A stretch of DNA of 64,000 bases. Origin: Nitrososphaeraceae archaeon. Lineage in GTDB: Archaea > Thermoproteota > Nitrososphaeria > Nitrososphaerales > Nitrososphaeraceae. Location: the NCBI GenBank assembly GCA_035297365.1, contig DATGZA010000097.1:1-64000 (forward strand), read 5' to 3'. The notes beneath the pieces were generated by a model. It made no database searches and was not told the DNA's origin. It saw only the letters and a list, made by a program, of their open reading frames with translations. Made by a program: the position numbers and the translations under genes. Positions within the stretch are counted from its first letter, which is position 1. Every line of letters begins with the position of its first letter. This document shows, in pieces, positions 34,168-45,072 of this stretch.

Positions 34168-34665
34168 TTGCAATCTGTACTCCGAAATATTGGTGATTAT
34201 ATTATTCGTCACTGTGAAGAGAAAGACCTTGAATTTGTGATAAACATAAATCTTAGGACACTTCCAGAACATTATTCTGATTATTTTTTTAGCTCAATTT
34301 TGACAGAATTACCTGAAGCTTTCATTGTTGCAGAATTTAAAAATCAGATTGTGGGCTATATCATGTGCAAAATAGAATTTGGTTTTTCGAATTTTCGTAA
34401 GCTTGGTTTTGTAAAAAAAGGACATGTCGTATCAATTGCTGTATTGCAGGAACATAGGGGAAAAGGAATTGGAAAAGCGTTAATGTTGGAAGGAATTAAC
34501 GGAATTCTTAGGAGAAAGAGTGATGAAATTTATTTGGAAGTAAGAGTGAGTAACGAAATTGCAGTTAAATTATATCAAGATATTGGCTTTATGATTAAAT
34601 CTAGACTTAGTTCATATTATCGAGATGGTGAAGATGCTTATTTGATGTCAAGAGACCTTAGTTAG
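34168..34665 (+). CDS. rimI: N-terminal acetyltransferase (RimI/Ard1, GNAT)
   Basis: LPEHY, GHVVSIAV...RGKGIG, LEVRVSN, YYRDGEDAY; start set at TTG 34168. Confidence 0.93.
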   Translation: MQSVLRNIGDYIIRHCEEKDLEFVININLRTLPEHYSDYFFSSILTELPEAFIVAEFKNQIVGYIMCKIEFGFSNFRKLGFVKKGHVVSIAVLQEHRGKGIGKALMLEGINGILRRKSDEIYLEVRVSNEIAVKLYQDIGFMIKSRLSSYYRDGEDAYLMSRDLS

Positions 34666-34701
34666 AGATATATAATATCTCAATGTGGTTCTTTTATAAG
34701 A

Positions 34702-34914
34702 ATGAAAGGTAATAAAACTACCGGAATCTTTCTTTTAACTGTTCCTTCGTTGTTATTTTTCATATATGTTTATTTGTTATTTTCCTCTCATCTGGATCTA
34801 TTAATAATTAAACTTACCATCACAGCTACAGTTGGTGTAGTTATTACTGTTTTTGTTTGGATAGGTTATACTATGGTATCCTCAACTCAGAATACCGAAT
34901 TACCTGATAATTAG
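34702..34914 (+). CDS. Small two-TM membrane protein
   Basis: Two hydrophobic helices ending WIGYTM. Confidence 0.75.
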   Translation: MKGNKTTGIFLLTVPSLLFFIYVYLLFSSHLDLLIIKLTITATVGVVITVFVWIGYTMVSSTQNTELPDN

Positions 34915-34925
34915 ATCCAAAAAAA

Positions 34926-35765
34926 TTAAAATAACTCTATATCAGTCACAATTTGGTAAATTTTAGGACCCACTTCTCTTACTACTCTGCACGAAACAAT
35001 TCTACTGTTATAAGATCCAAACACATTATTACTATATTTTTTACCTTCTTCTAGTGAGCATAATTTATTATGGGATTTTATATGAGCAAAAAAGTGAATT
35101 ATTCCCTTCTTATTTTTAAGTGCTAGAATTGCCAAATCAATAAATTCAAAAGCTCTCTCTGGAAGAGGCATTAGAACTCTCGTAGCGATACCTGCTAGTT
35201 TATTTGGTATTACTTCAGCTACGTCTCCAAGAATCGGAATAACTCTATTTTCAACCCTATTCAATTTAGTATTAGCTAAACAAAGTTCTGTAGCAGTAGG
35301 ATTTGAATCAATACTATGTACTGTGCAATTTGTTTTTTTAGCTAGAATTATAGAATATGTACCAATACCTCCAAACATATTTACTATCACTTCTTTATCT
35401 TTTATTAATCTAGAAATCCTCAGTCTTTCTGTTGATAAACGTGGTGAAAAATATGTTTTTGAAACATCAACCTTAAAAATACATCCATGTTCCTTATATT
35501 CTGTAATGGTTTTCTCTTCTCCTGCCAAAAATTCTAATTGCCTTAGTCGATAGTCACCTTGTACTGGTGATATTTGTTGAAATACCGTGTTTACGGATTT
35601 GATCTTTTTCAATAACGTATTTGCGATTATTTCTTTCTTGGAAAGAAGACTGTCTGGAATTTTAATAATAATAATATCTCCAATAATATCAAAAGATGAA
35701 TATACTTTAGTAATTTCGTCAATTGTCAAAATATCTTTTAATGTTTCTTTAAGCATACGTGGCAT
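34926..35765 (-). CDS. tRNA methyltransferase, Trm5/Taw2 (Met-10+) family
   Basis: FDIIGDI, YKEHGC, YFSPRLSTER, NMFGGIG, RVLMPLP. Confidence 0.9.
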   Translation of the reverse strand: MPRMLKETLKDILTIDEITKVYSSFDIIGDIIIIKIPDSLLSKKEIIANTLLKKIKSVNTVFQQISPVQGDYRLRQLEFLAGEEKTITEYKEHGCIFKVDVSKTYFSPRLSTERLRISRLIKDKEVIVNMFGGIGTYSIILAKKTNCTVHSIDSNPTATELCLANTKLNRVENRVIPILGDVAEVIPNKLAGIATRVLMPLPERAFEFIDLAILALKNKKGIIHFFAHIKSHNKLCSLEEGKKYSNNVFGSYNSRIVSCRVVREVGPKIYQIVTDIELF

Positions 35766-35771
35766 ATTTTT

Positions 35772-37568
35772 TTATCTATTTAAATAGTAATACTCTCCTG
35801 ATCCTTTTTGAACTTTGTCGAGTCTACTCATATCTTTGTTTACCCTAGGTCTTCCTGTACTATCATCTCTTCTATAAGTAATTGATAGATTTTTTAGGAA
35901 TTGGTTCATCCCTTTTACTTTAGACATCGGTTCAGAAGCGTAACCTTCTATTCCTGGATTCCCTTCAAAGATTATTAATGTGTCAGAAACAATATCTATC
36001 AATTGCATATCGTGGTCAATAATTATAGCTGATTTATTTTGTGCCCTTACAAATCTTTGAATAAATTTAGCCAACGCTATTCTTTCTTCTATATCTATGA
36101 AAGCAGATGGTTCATCAAATGCGTAAATTTCAGCATCTTGCATTAAAGTAGCAGTGATCGCTACTTTCTGTAGTTCTCCTCCGCTTAAATTTTTAAAATT
36201 TTTCTCATATAATTTTTTTATACCCATAGGAATAATTATCTGTTCTTCAACAGAACTTCCCTCGATCACATTTTGGTAACGAGAATATAATAATGACTTA
36301 ACGTCACCGTCATAATCCTGACTTATATATTGTGGTTTATATGATATTCTAGGATTAATCTCTACGACTCCCTCATCAGTTTTTTCTATACCTGCCATTA
36401 TCTTCATAAATGTTGTTTTTCCTAGCGCATTAGCACCTGTAACTCCAATTACCTCTCCCTTTCTTATCCGTCCAGATCTGATTTTAACCATAAAGGAATC
36501 AAATCTTTTTATTAAATTAGAATATTGAGTAACAATGGTATTTTGCAATAAATCTTCCGTTGGACTAAAAGAATCAAACCTAAATTTTTTTTCTCTAAAT
36601 CGTACATTTTCAGAAGGAATAAATCCATCAAGAAAATTGTTTATTCCCACTTTAGTAGACTGCAAACTAGACACTATTCCATAAGCTCCAGGTTCCCCAT
36701 ATAATATATGAATATAATCAGACAAATAATCCAATAATGTAAGATCATGCTCAATGACCATAACACTTTTTCCTCTTTTTGCTAAACTCTGAATTACTTT
36801 AGCTACCGCCAATCTCTGATATATGTCATTATAAGAAGAAGGCTCATCAAAAAAATAATAATCTGCATCTTTTATTGTGGTAACTGCCACAGCTAACCTC
36901 TGTAATTCTCCGCCACTTAATTCGCTAACATTTTTATTCAATGAATTCTTCAATCCTAATTCCTCGGATATTAGATCAAACATATCTAACTCGTCAAATT
37001 TTTTTAGCATTTCTTTTGCGGTTCCATTGAAAAATTTAGGTATTTTATACACTAATTGAGGTTTTATAGATAGTTTCAGATTTCCATTTGCTAAATTTTC
37101 AAAATATGCCTTCAATTCATTTCCATGAAAATTTTCAATCACGTCATTCCACTGAATCTTTTCATTATATTCCCCAAAATTGGGTTTCAAGTTACCGGAT
37201 AATATGTTTATTATGGTAGATTTACCCATTCCGTTCCTTCCAAGCAAACCTACTACAGATCCCTTTTTGGGAGTTGGTAAATGATATAATCTGAATGAAT
37301 TAATTCCATATTGATGGATCTTATGTTCTCCTAGTTCTTTTGGTAAATTTACTATAACTATTGCTTCGAATGGACATTTCTTTACACATATTCCACATCC
37401 AGTACATAGATCTTCTGAAATTACCGCCTTGCCATCACCTGGTCTCTGAATAATACATTCTCCTCCTGTTTTATTAATAGGACAATAGATTATGCATTCT
37501 AATCCACATTTCTTGGGTTTGCATAATTCTTCATCCAATACGGCTACTCTAGAAGATGCATCATTCAA
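35772..37568 (-). CDS. Ribosome recycling factor ABCE1 (RLI)
   Basis: N-terminal 2x[4Fe-4S] Cys motifs; two NBDs with LSGGELQ and DEPS. Confidence 0.98.
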   Translation of the reverse strand: MNDASSRVAVLDEELCKPKKCGLECIIYCPINKTGGECIIQRPGDGKAVISEDLCTGCGICVKKCPFEAIVIVNLPKELGEHKIHQYGINSFRLYHLPTPKKGSVVGLLGRNGMGKSTIINILSGNLKPNFGEYNEKIQWNDVIENFHGNELKAYFENLANGNLKLSIKPQLVYKIPKFFNGTAKEMLKKFDELDMFDLISEELGLKNSLNKNVSELSGGELQRLAVAVTTIKDADYYFFDEPSSYNDIYQRLAVAKVIQSLAKRGKSVMVIEHDLTLLDYLSDYIHILYGEPGAYGIVSSLQSTKVGINNFLDGFIPSENVRFREKKFRFDSFSPTEDLLQNTIVTQYSNLIKRFDSFMVKIRSGRIRKGEVIGVTGANALGKTTFMKIMAGIEKTDEGVVEINPRISYKPQYISQDYDGDVKSLLYSRYQNVIEGSSVEEQIIIPMGIKKLYEKNFKNLSGGELQKVAITATLMQDAEIYAFDEPSAFIDIEERIALAKFIQRFVRAQNKSAIIIDHDMQLIDIVSDTLIIFEGNPGIEGYASEPMSKVKGMNQFLKNLSITYRRDDSTGRPRVNKDMSRLDKVQKGSGEYYYLNR

Positions 37569-37697
37569 CTTTCTTCACTTTTATTTTTTACAATATGTAT
37601 TATATCTCTTGCTAGGTTTAAGTTGATTGTTTTCTAATTTTTAATGGTCTACGAATATTAAAAAAGATTAAATTAAACATAATAGTTGCTATTTATA

Positions 37698-37810
37698 GCC
37701 GGTCATAGTGGCAGGGCGCGACCCGGTCCCATACCGAACCCGGAAGTCAAACCTGTCGTCGCTGCCTAATACTGACCTACGTGAGTGGTTGGGAAAAGGC
37801 AGTGCTGGCG
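37698..37810 (+). rRNA. rrf: 5S rRNA (unlinked from 16S-23S)
   Basis: GGTCATAG...CCCATACCGAACCCGGAAGTCAA conserved loop C; terminal GCCGG/CTGGC stem; about 115 nt GC-rich island. Confidence 0.95.
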
Positions 37811-37870
37811 TTCTAGATATATGTGTCAATATTTCGTACTAAATGACTATTTTGCATTTTTAAGATACTA

Positions 37871-39346
37871 TTACTTCAGATTCACTAGTAGGAATTTAAT
37901 AATAGTTCTTATTCCGAAACCTGTGGCTCCTTTTGGATTATATGATTTAGACAATGTTCCTTCTTGATTCCATGCAGTTCCTGCAATATCAATATGTGCC
38001 CATGGCACATCACCTACAAAATTCGATAAAAATGCAGCTGCGGTTATTGCTCCGCCAGATCTTCCGCCTATATTTTTTATATCTGCAGAATTACTTTTTA
38101 TCTGTTCATGAAATTCCTCAAATAAAGGTAATTCCCACAATTTCTCATCGGTATTATTGGAATGGTCGATAATCTTTTTAATTAACTCTGAATTAGTACC
38201 TATTATTCCAGCAACATTTGATCCTAGTGCTATTACACATGCTCCTGTCAGTGTAGCCATATCAATTGCCAATTTTGGTTTGTATGTACTTATTCCATAA
38301 GATAACGCATCAGCAAGAATCAATCTGCCTTCGGCGTCAGTATTTAATACTTCTACTTTCTTTTGATTATGCATTTCAATAATGTCACTCGGTTTGTATG
38401 AAGAATCTGATGGCATATTTTCTACGGAGGGAACTATTCCTATTACATAGATGTTGGGTTTTAGTATTGATAATGCTTTCATAATGGCAATAATATTCAC
38501 TCCACCACATTTGTCAAATTTCATATCCTCCATCCGTTCGCTAGGTTTAATAGATATCCCTCCAGAATCAAATGTTACAGCCTTGCCTACAAGTAAAATT
38601 GGATTTTCATTATTTTTGTTTCCATGATACTCCATTATGATTAGTTTTGGTTGATTTTTACTTCCTCTTCCTACAGATGTTATTCCATTCAATCCAAGTA
38701 ATTTCATTTTCTTTAAGTCAATAATTTTTGTTTCAATTGCTTTTTTGTTAATATTTATTGCAATTTTTGCTAGATACTCAGGGGTACATTCGTTAGGTGG
38801 TAAATTACTTATATCTCTAGCAAAATTCACTGTTTCTGAAATTATCGAAGCTATATCAATAATCGTTTGAAAATGTTTGGACTTTGAATTACAAAGTATT
38901 GCTACCGTTTGAAGATGATTTTTTTCGCTCTTTGTTTTATATTTATCAAAGGAATACGAAGATAGAATTATTCCCTCAGTAATTGCCTCGATTATTTCGT
39001 CGGATAAATCGAAAGGAACAATTGAAAATTCTTCTATATCAAATTCCTTTAAATATTGTACTATTTTTCCTGAAATTATTCTTGCTTTTTCTGCATTAAA
39101 ATCGGTTTTTTTTGCCAATCCAACAAATAAAATATTTTGCGCTGGCATTTTTGATAATGTATTTAATTCAGACATACATCCAAATTTTGAACTATATTTA
39201 TCAAGAAAGTGCCTTCCTGCCTTTACTATTTCCTTATTTAGACTACGAAATAACTGGGAATAATCTTCATCTTCAAAATAACCTATAACCAATACTTGCG
39301 AATTTTTTTTTTCTATTTTTGTTTCATCTGCTCTTATTCTTAACAT
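37871..39346 (-). CDS. pepA: Leucyl aminopeptidase (M17)
   Basis: VGKAVTFDSGG, MKFDKCG, NTDAEGRL, DMATLTGAC. Confidence 0.97.
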   Translation of the reverse strand: MLRIRADETKIEKKNSQVLVIGYFEDEDYSQLFRSLNKEIVKAGRHFLDKYSSKFGCMSELNTLSKMPAQNILFVGLAKKTDFNAEKARIISGKIVQYLKEFDIEEFSIVPFDLSDEIIEAITEGIILSSYSFDKYKTKSEKNHLQTVAILCNSKSKHFQTIIDIASIISETVNFARDISNLPPNECTPEYLAKIAININKKAIETKIIDLKKMKLLGLNGITSVGRGSKNQPKLIIMEYHGNKNNENPILLVGKAVTFDSGGISIKPSERMEDMKFDKCGGVNIIAIMKALSILKPNIYVIGIVPSVENMPSDSSYKPSDIIEMHNQKKVEVLNTDAEGRLILADALSYGISTYKPKLAIDMATLTGACVIALGSNVAGIIGTNSELIKKIIDHSNNTDEKLWELPLFEEFHEQIKSNSADIKNIGGRSGGAITAAAFLSNFVGDVPWAHIDIAGTAWNQEGTLSKSYNPKGATGFGIRTIIKFLLVNLK

Positions 39347-39504
39347 CCCTTTTGAATTCCTAATTAGAATATTTTAAACTATTGAATTATTTTTCCTCTT
39401 TGTAAAACAGGACTGCAAATTTATTACTAATGAACCAGCTAGATTTTTATCTACCGTGTTATTTTGTTCCAATATTCCACTAAAGTGGTTTGAAGGTATA
39501 GCTT

Positions 39505-41142
39505 ATGGGATTTAGCATGCGTTATTTGGATATGAAAGCAAAAATCCGTGAAATCAGGATAAATGCTATCAAAGGAATAGCGGAAGCAGGGTCGGGTCAC
39601 CCAGGTGCATCCTTTTCTGCAGCCGAGATAATGGGCGTGTTGTATTTCAGAATATTGAAACACGATCCTTCAAATCCTGAATGGTCAGGACGAGATTATT
39701 TTATCAATTCCAAAGGGCATTCTGCACCTGGGTTCTATGCAACATTGGCCGTTGCTGGATATTTTCCAACTGACGAAATGAAAAATTTAAGAAAATTCGG
39801 TTCAAGATTGCAAGGTCATCCAGTTAGATACTCTAAATACCTCGAGAATCATTCTCTACCTGGTGTAGAATATTCTGCAGGCTCTGAAGGTATAGGACTT
39901 TCTGTATCAATAGGAATTGCTTTATCTAATATTATCGATAACAAAAAAAACCGTGTCTATGTTCTATTAGGAGATGGAGAGACCAATGAGGGTCAGATAT
40001 GGGAAGCTGCAATGACTGCGCCTAAATTTAAACTTGATAATCTAGTTGTGTTCCTAGATCGAAATAGGATCCAGCAAGATGGATTTACAGAAGATATTAT
40101 GCCAATAGATCCTGTGCGTGATAAATGGCTAGCGTTTAACTGGAATGTAATAGAAATCAATGGTCATAAGATAGAACAAATAATGGATGCATTAAATAAA
40201 GCTGGTCAAATCAAGGACAAACCTACCATTATAATTGCAAACACGATCAAAGGTAATGGAATTAAACATATGGCAAATAACCCTCAATGGCATGGCAGAG
40301 CACCACATCACAAACAAAGTCCACTATTAATACAAGAATTGGAAGGCGATTATATGATATCTCCATCAATAATCGCTGGTGAAAAGGAAAATTATGAAGA
40401 AAAGATAAGAAAAGCCGAACGTGCTGGGGCTGATATGATTCATCTGGATGTAATGGACGGTAAATTCGTTCCAAACACCACCTTCTTAGCCGATACCATA
40501 AAAAAATTAAGACCTATAACCAATCTCCCATTTGACACCCATCTTATGATTGAACATCCTTACGAATACATTCATGAATATATCGATGCGTCATGTGATA
40601 TTATTACAGTCCACGCCGAAACATGCAATGAAGAGCAGTTTATCTGCATAAGAGACAAAGTATTATCTCATGGAATTAGCTTAGGTATTGCTATAAATCC
40701 AGAAACTACCTTTCCAAAATGGGTGTTTCCTAATCTAAACTCCATTGATGTAATAATAATAATGTCAGTTCATCCTGGGTTTTCAGGACAAAAATTTATT
40801 CCGGAAACTACATTGAAGATTTTCAATTTAAATAAGATCTTAAAAAATCATGGATTCAAGGGATATATCGAGGCTGATGGTGGAATAGATGCATCTACTG
40901 TTCAGCAAGTTTATGATGCAGGAGCTAGAATCATGGTAGCCGGAAGTGCAGTATTTTCAAATAGTGATATTAATTCAGCTATAATACAATTGAGACATAA
41001 AACTAATGTTACTTTGGAAAGAAATCTTTTACGCAAAGCGGATGAAAATAATATAAGAAAAGATTGGTTAGTTGCACGTAAACATATCTTGATACCACTT
41101 GCAAATGAACTTGGTATAGAGGATGAAATAAATGAACTCTAG
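39505..41142 (+). CDS. Fusion of transketolase N-terminal subunit and ribulose-phosphate 3-epimerase
   Basis: SGHPG, SKGH, LQGHP and TPP motif GDGE...N, then ISPSI, HLDVMDGKFVPN, DTHLM, MSVHPGFSGQKF, EADGG. Confidence 0.95.
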   Translation: MGFSMRYLDMKAKIREIRINAIKGIAEAGSGHPGASFSAAEIMGVLYFRILKHDPSNPEWSGRDYFINSKGHSAPGFYATLAVAGYFPTDEMKNLRKFGSRLQGHPVRYSKYLENHSLPGVEYSAGSEGIGLSVSIGIALSNIIDNKKNRVYVLLGDGETNEGQIWEAAMTAPKFKLDNLVVFLDRNRIQQDGFTEDIMPIDPVRDKWLAFNWNVIEINGHKIEQIMDALNKAGQIKDKPTIIIANTIKGNGIKHMANNPQWHGRAPHHKQSPLLIQELEGDYMISPSIIAGEKENYEEKIRKAERAGADMIHLDVMDGKFVPNTTFLADTIKKLRPITNLPFDTHLMIEHPYEYIHEYIDASCDIITVHAETCNEEQFICIRDKVLSHGISLGIAINPETTFPKWVFPNLNSIDVIIIMSVHPGFSGQKFIPETTLKIFNLNKILKNHGFKGYIEADGGIDASTVQQVYDAGARIMVAGSAVFSNSDINSAIIQLRHKTNVTLERNLLRKADENNIRKDWLVARKHILIPLANELGIEDEINEL

Positions 41143-42109
41143 TGTAAAGTTTGCAGATATGAGGTCAGCTTATGGGAACGCATTAGCTGAATTAGGTATG
41201 ATTAACAAAAACATTGTATGTGTTGGCGCTGACACTACTGATTCACTTAAAACTAAAAAATTTGGCGATAAATTCCCAGAAAGATTTTTCAACATCGGAA
41301 TAGCAGAAGCTAATCTAGTTTCTATCGCTGCAGGCTTGGCAATGACTGGGAAAATTGCATTCGCAAGTACCTACGCTGCTTTCTTACCTGGGAGATGTCT
41401 AGATCAAATAAGAAATGCTATATGTTATCCTGACCTAAATGTAAAGTTAGTTGTATCTCATGCAGGTTTAACTGTAGGTCCAGATGGGGCTTCCCATCAA
41501 CAGATAGAAGATATTGCAATCATGAGATCCATACCTAACATGAAAGTAATAACACCTTCAGATGCAGTATCTGTTACAAGACTAATTAAAAACATTGTTG
41601 ACATTCCAGGACCTTTCTATATAAGACTTGCTAGACCTTCTAGTGAAATTCTTTATGAAGAAAATGATTCTGACTTTAAGATAGGAAAAGGAAATATTCT
41701 ACGTGAGGGTTCAGATATGACTATAATTAGTTGCGGATTAATGGTATACAAATCATTAAAAGCAGCAGATAATCTGAAAAAAAATGGTATTTCTTGTAGA
41801 GTTATAGATTGCTATTCAATAAAACCTATTGATCGTGATCTTGTGATTGCAGCTGCTAAGGAAACTGGATATATCATCACAATTGAAGAACATAATTACA
41901 TTGGAGGACTTGGCAGTGCAGTTACTGAAATATGTTCTGAAGAATATCCTTGTTATGTTAAACGTCTTGGGATAAAAGATATATTTGGAGAATCTGCACG
42001 AGATTCAGAATTAAATCTCTTGCTGGAAAAGCATGGATTAACCGAAAAAGAAATAGAACGGCATGTTCTATCTACTCTGTATAGAATTAAAAATGGAAAT
42101 CTTTCTTGA
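41132..42109 (+). CDS. Transketolase C-terminal subunit
   Basis: GIAEAN, GPDGASHQ, YIRLAR, IEEH...GGLGS. Confidence 0.96.
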   Translation: MNSSVKFADMRSAYGNALAELGMINKNIVCVGADTTDSLKTKKFGDKFPERFFNIGIAEANLVSIAAGLAMTGKIAFASTYAAFLPGRCLDQIRNAICYPDLNVKLVVSHAGLTVGPDGASHQQIEDIAIMRSIPNMKVITPSDAVSVTRLIKNIVDIPGPFYIRLARPSSEILYEENDSDFKIGKGNILREGSDMTIISCGLMVYKSLKAADNLKKNGISCRVIDCYSIKPIDRDLVIAAAKETGYIITIEEHNYIGGLGSAVTEICSEEYPCYVKRLGIKDIFGESARDSELNLLLEKHGLTEKEIERHVLSTLYRIKNGNLS

Positions 42110-42749
42110 TACTGCTAATTTAAAATCTATACGTCATTATAATGAAATGGGCATGGTGGATGGCATCACAACCAATCCTACTCTACTTTCTAAAGAAGAT
42201 GGTAATCCAGAAGATATAATGCATGAGATAGTAAATATCGTTAAAGGTCCAGTTAATCTGGAAGTGATAGCAACAGAAACGGAACAAATGATTGAAGAGG
42301 CTCACAATCTGAAAAAATATGGTTCTAACGTCATAGTAAAAATTCCAATGATTCCTGCAGGATTGAAGGCTGTAAAGCAATTAACTGACATCGGTATAAA
42401 GACCAATGTCACTTTGGTTTTTTCAGCTAATCAAGCTATTCTAGCGGCCAAGGCCGGCGCATCTTATGTCAGTCCTTTTATTGGTAGAATAGATGATTCT
42501 GGTCAAGAAGGCATGGCTATCATTAGAGAAATACATCAAATTTTTAAAAATTATCAATACGAATCCAAAATTCTTGTTGCAAGTATACGACATCCAATTC
42601 ATGTGATTGAATCTGCAAAAATTGGAGCTGATGTAGTTACTTTGCCACCTGAAATCTTAGGGAAAATGCTTTCACATCCTCTAACCGATAAAGGACTTAA
42701 GATTTTTCTTTCTGATTGGGAAAATTTGCAGAAAAAGATTATTAGGTGA
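42093..42749 (+). CDS. tal: Transaldolase / fructose-6-phosphate aldolase family
   Basis: FLDTAN, GITTNPTL, VKIP, YVSPFIGRIDD, ASIRHP; start set at ATG 42093. Confidence 0.95.
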   Translation: MEIFLDTANLKSIRHYNEMGMVDGITTNPTLLSKEDGNPEDIMHEIVNIVKGPVNLEVIATETEQMIEEAHNLKKYGSNVIVKIPMIPAGLKAVKQLTDIGIKTNVTLVFSANQAILAAKAGASYVSPFIGRIDDSGQEGMAIIREIHQIFKNYQYESKILVASIRHPIHVIESAKIGADVVTLPPEILGKMLSHPLTDKGLKIFLSDWENLQKKIIR

Positions 42750-42766
42750 AAATTATCTCATTTTAT

Positions 42767-44338
42767 TTATATCTTAAGTAAATTAATCACTTTCTTTGGA
42801 ATATCCTCAACTCTAGTAGCTAATGTCTTATTATAATTCAAATATTTTAAATTGTGACCAATATTTATTAAATCGTTCATATCTTTGCCAACCCCTAGAG
42901 CAGCCATATGGATAGACATGCTTCTATATTTCAATACCATCTCCTTAACTGCTTCGTAGTTTGAAGGTTCACCGTCTGTTAGCGTGATCATTATGTTTGG
43001 TTTGAAGGATCTAATAAAACGTAATAAAATTGAATAGATCTCAGCTAACGGTGTACCTCCACTTGCTCTAATTTGAACTAATCTTCTTGCGTTAGATATA
43101 GACCATGGAACCCTTGGAGGTTTTATAAGCCAACATTTTACCCTTTTCGATTCGGTACTAAATGCAAATACAGAAAATTCAATACCTAAATAGTCCAATG
43201 CTTCACATAATGCAACTGTGGCTTGTTTGTATTTTAATTCGACATCCTCAATACTGCTTGAATGATCAAGTAAAATTACAACTCTTGTTCTAATTGAAAT
43301 TTTATGATCTGTAATGAAAGGTTTATCGTGAGAGTCTAAATATGTTTCTACATCTAATTCTTCTCCTTTATCTTCGTGAACCTCTATCCAACCAGATTTC
43401 CAGTCCCTAAACGCAGATTTTATTTTCTGAATTAATTCTACATCGTATATTTCTGATTCATTTACATCTGTTTTACTTGGTATGCTTATGTCAAAGTTTT
43501 CTAAACTATCATATCCTTTAGTTTCTGATTTTTTACTTTCCTTTATGAGAGTTTCGTATTCTTTTATTACATCATTTGCTTGTATTATTTCTTTAACCGC
43601 TTTATCAAATTCCTTATTCATTAGCTTTGATTTAACGATTTTTTCTATCTGTTTTACAAGTTCTGATTTTGTCATACCCATACCTATTTTTGATCTTGGG
43701 GAGGTTATTGGAATGGACAATAACGGATCTATTTGTAATCTTTTAATAATTTCTTTTACTTGACCATATATCCACTCCGTTCCCCTTCTTCCCTCAATAG
43801 CGTCCTTGATGCATTGATTTGCATAGTCTGCAGCATTTTTTACTCTCTCAAATTCATTACCAAATAATTCGCCCTTCATATATCCTGTCAGAAAATATTG
43901 TGAAAAAGCTTCAATTAATTTGTGTCTGCCGTAAATAGTGTTTAATAACGGTTTTGTTATCCATGACATGGCTTCGTAGAAAATTATTTCATTAGTCATT
44001 CCTTGCCATATTTCAAGTCCCAATATTTCAACTCTTTTTGTTTCAAGACAATTAAGAATAAAACCATAAGCATGCTCTTTACTTGATGCCTTAACTTTTG
44101 TACAATATTTTATCTTCATCGCCTCGTACCAAAGAGTTACTCTCCATTGCCTATACCTATCAAATTCTTCACCATGAAAGTAATTTAATGTAGGAAGAAA
44201 GATCTGTTGTCGGTCTATATCCGTATATGGTTGTTTGTCATCTGATAAAGAAACAATAACCTTTGGATTATCAGACCATCTTCTTGCTAAGAAAGTTGAT
44301 ATATCTAACAATATAGAATTCGCCGAAGCTGAATTCAT
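42767..44338 (-). CDS. vWA-domain protein (NorD/CbbO-like)
   Basis: LNCLETKRVE N-terminal motif; C-terminal MIDAS DHSSS...GGTP...TDGEP. Confidence 0.88.
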   Translation of the reverse strand: MNSASANSILLDISTFLARRWSDNPKVIVSLSDDKQPYTDIDRQQIFLPTLNYFHGEEFDRYRQWRVTLWYEAMKIKYCTKVKASSKEHAYGFILNCLETKRVEILGLEIWQGMTNEIIFYEAMSWITKPLLNTIYGRHKLIEAFSQYFLTGYMKGELFGNEFERVKNAADYANQCIKDAIEGRRGTEWIYGQVKEIIKRLQIDPLLSIPITSPRSKIGMGMTKSELVKQIEKIVKSKLMNKEFDKAVKEIIQANDVIKEYETLIKESKKSETKGYDSLENFDISIPSKTDVNESEIYDVELIQKIKSAFRDWKSGWIEVHEDKGEELDVETYLDSHDKPFITDHKISIRTRVVILLDHSSSIEDVELKYKQATVALCEALDYLGIEFSVFAFSTESKRVKCWLIKPPRVPWSISNARRLVQIRASGGTPLAEIYSILLRFIRSFKPNIMITLTDGEPSNYEAVKEMVLKYRSMSIHMAALGVGKDMNDLINIGHNLKYLNYNKTLATRVEDIPKKVINLLKI

Positions 44339-44521
44339 TAATATATAATCATTATTTTTAATATTTTTAATATTTTTAACCGTATCAACTAGAAAAATAT
44401 GAGATTGATTATAAAAATTTTGTTAATTTTTATTCTCAGTTCATAAAAAAAATACAAGAGAAATAAAATTTTACACTGGTATTGAAGAGAGCAGATCAAT
44501 TATTTCCATTTCTATCAAACA

Positions 44522-44866
44522 TTAAATATGTATACAAACCGTCTTTGGGTTATTACGAAACTAGGATGTAGTACACTTCTCACATGTCTGGTCTTCTGCG
44601 TCGACATCTATCTATGGGTTCAGATTTATGTTTCCACAGACATTTGCAAGAATCTTATCGGTATTCAGAAAATAAGCCCATTCATTACCGTTCTTTCTCA
44701 TTTGATGGAAATTTATACCTTAGTGTTTCTTGATGAATGTCATAAACAAAATCATCTTCATAAGGTTGTGCCTGTGCACAAATAGTAAAAGATGGAGATG
44801 ATAAATCTAAATCCCCGCGAATGATCCAGCGTATAAAATAACCACAGTTTTATTATGAGTAATCAT
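44522..44866 (-). pseudogene. Degraded gene for a secreted protein
   Basis: Signal-like MITHNKTVVILYAGSFAG*, frameshifted AQAQPYEDD segment, NVCGNINLNP*...TCEKC with internal stops. Confidence 0.4.
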
Positions 44867-45072
44867 TTATCAATTATCAACAAATTATTTAGAGTTTAAA
44901 GGATTATTAGAAAGATATTTGAAAATAAATTTTTTTGTTTCTAAAAATAGATATAAGTGTAGTAATGTAAATAGAGAATATGTTAGTTATACCAAATTCA
45001 TGATGATTTTAGATACTAAAAAGTAAATTTAAATCAGTAATAATAAATAATAGTATTTTAGTCCCCTCTATA

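Noticed and set aside
37785-37967. 60-aa ORF
   Set aside because: Overlaps the 5S rRNA and is antisense to pepA.
44528-44785. 85-aa + strand ORF
   Set aside because: Better explained as the antisense shadow of the minus-strand pseudogene.
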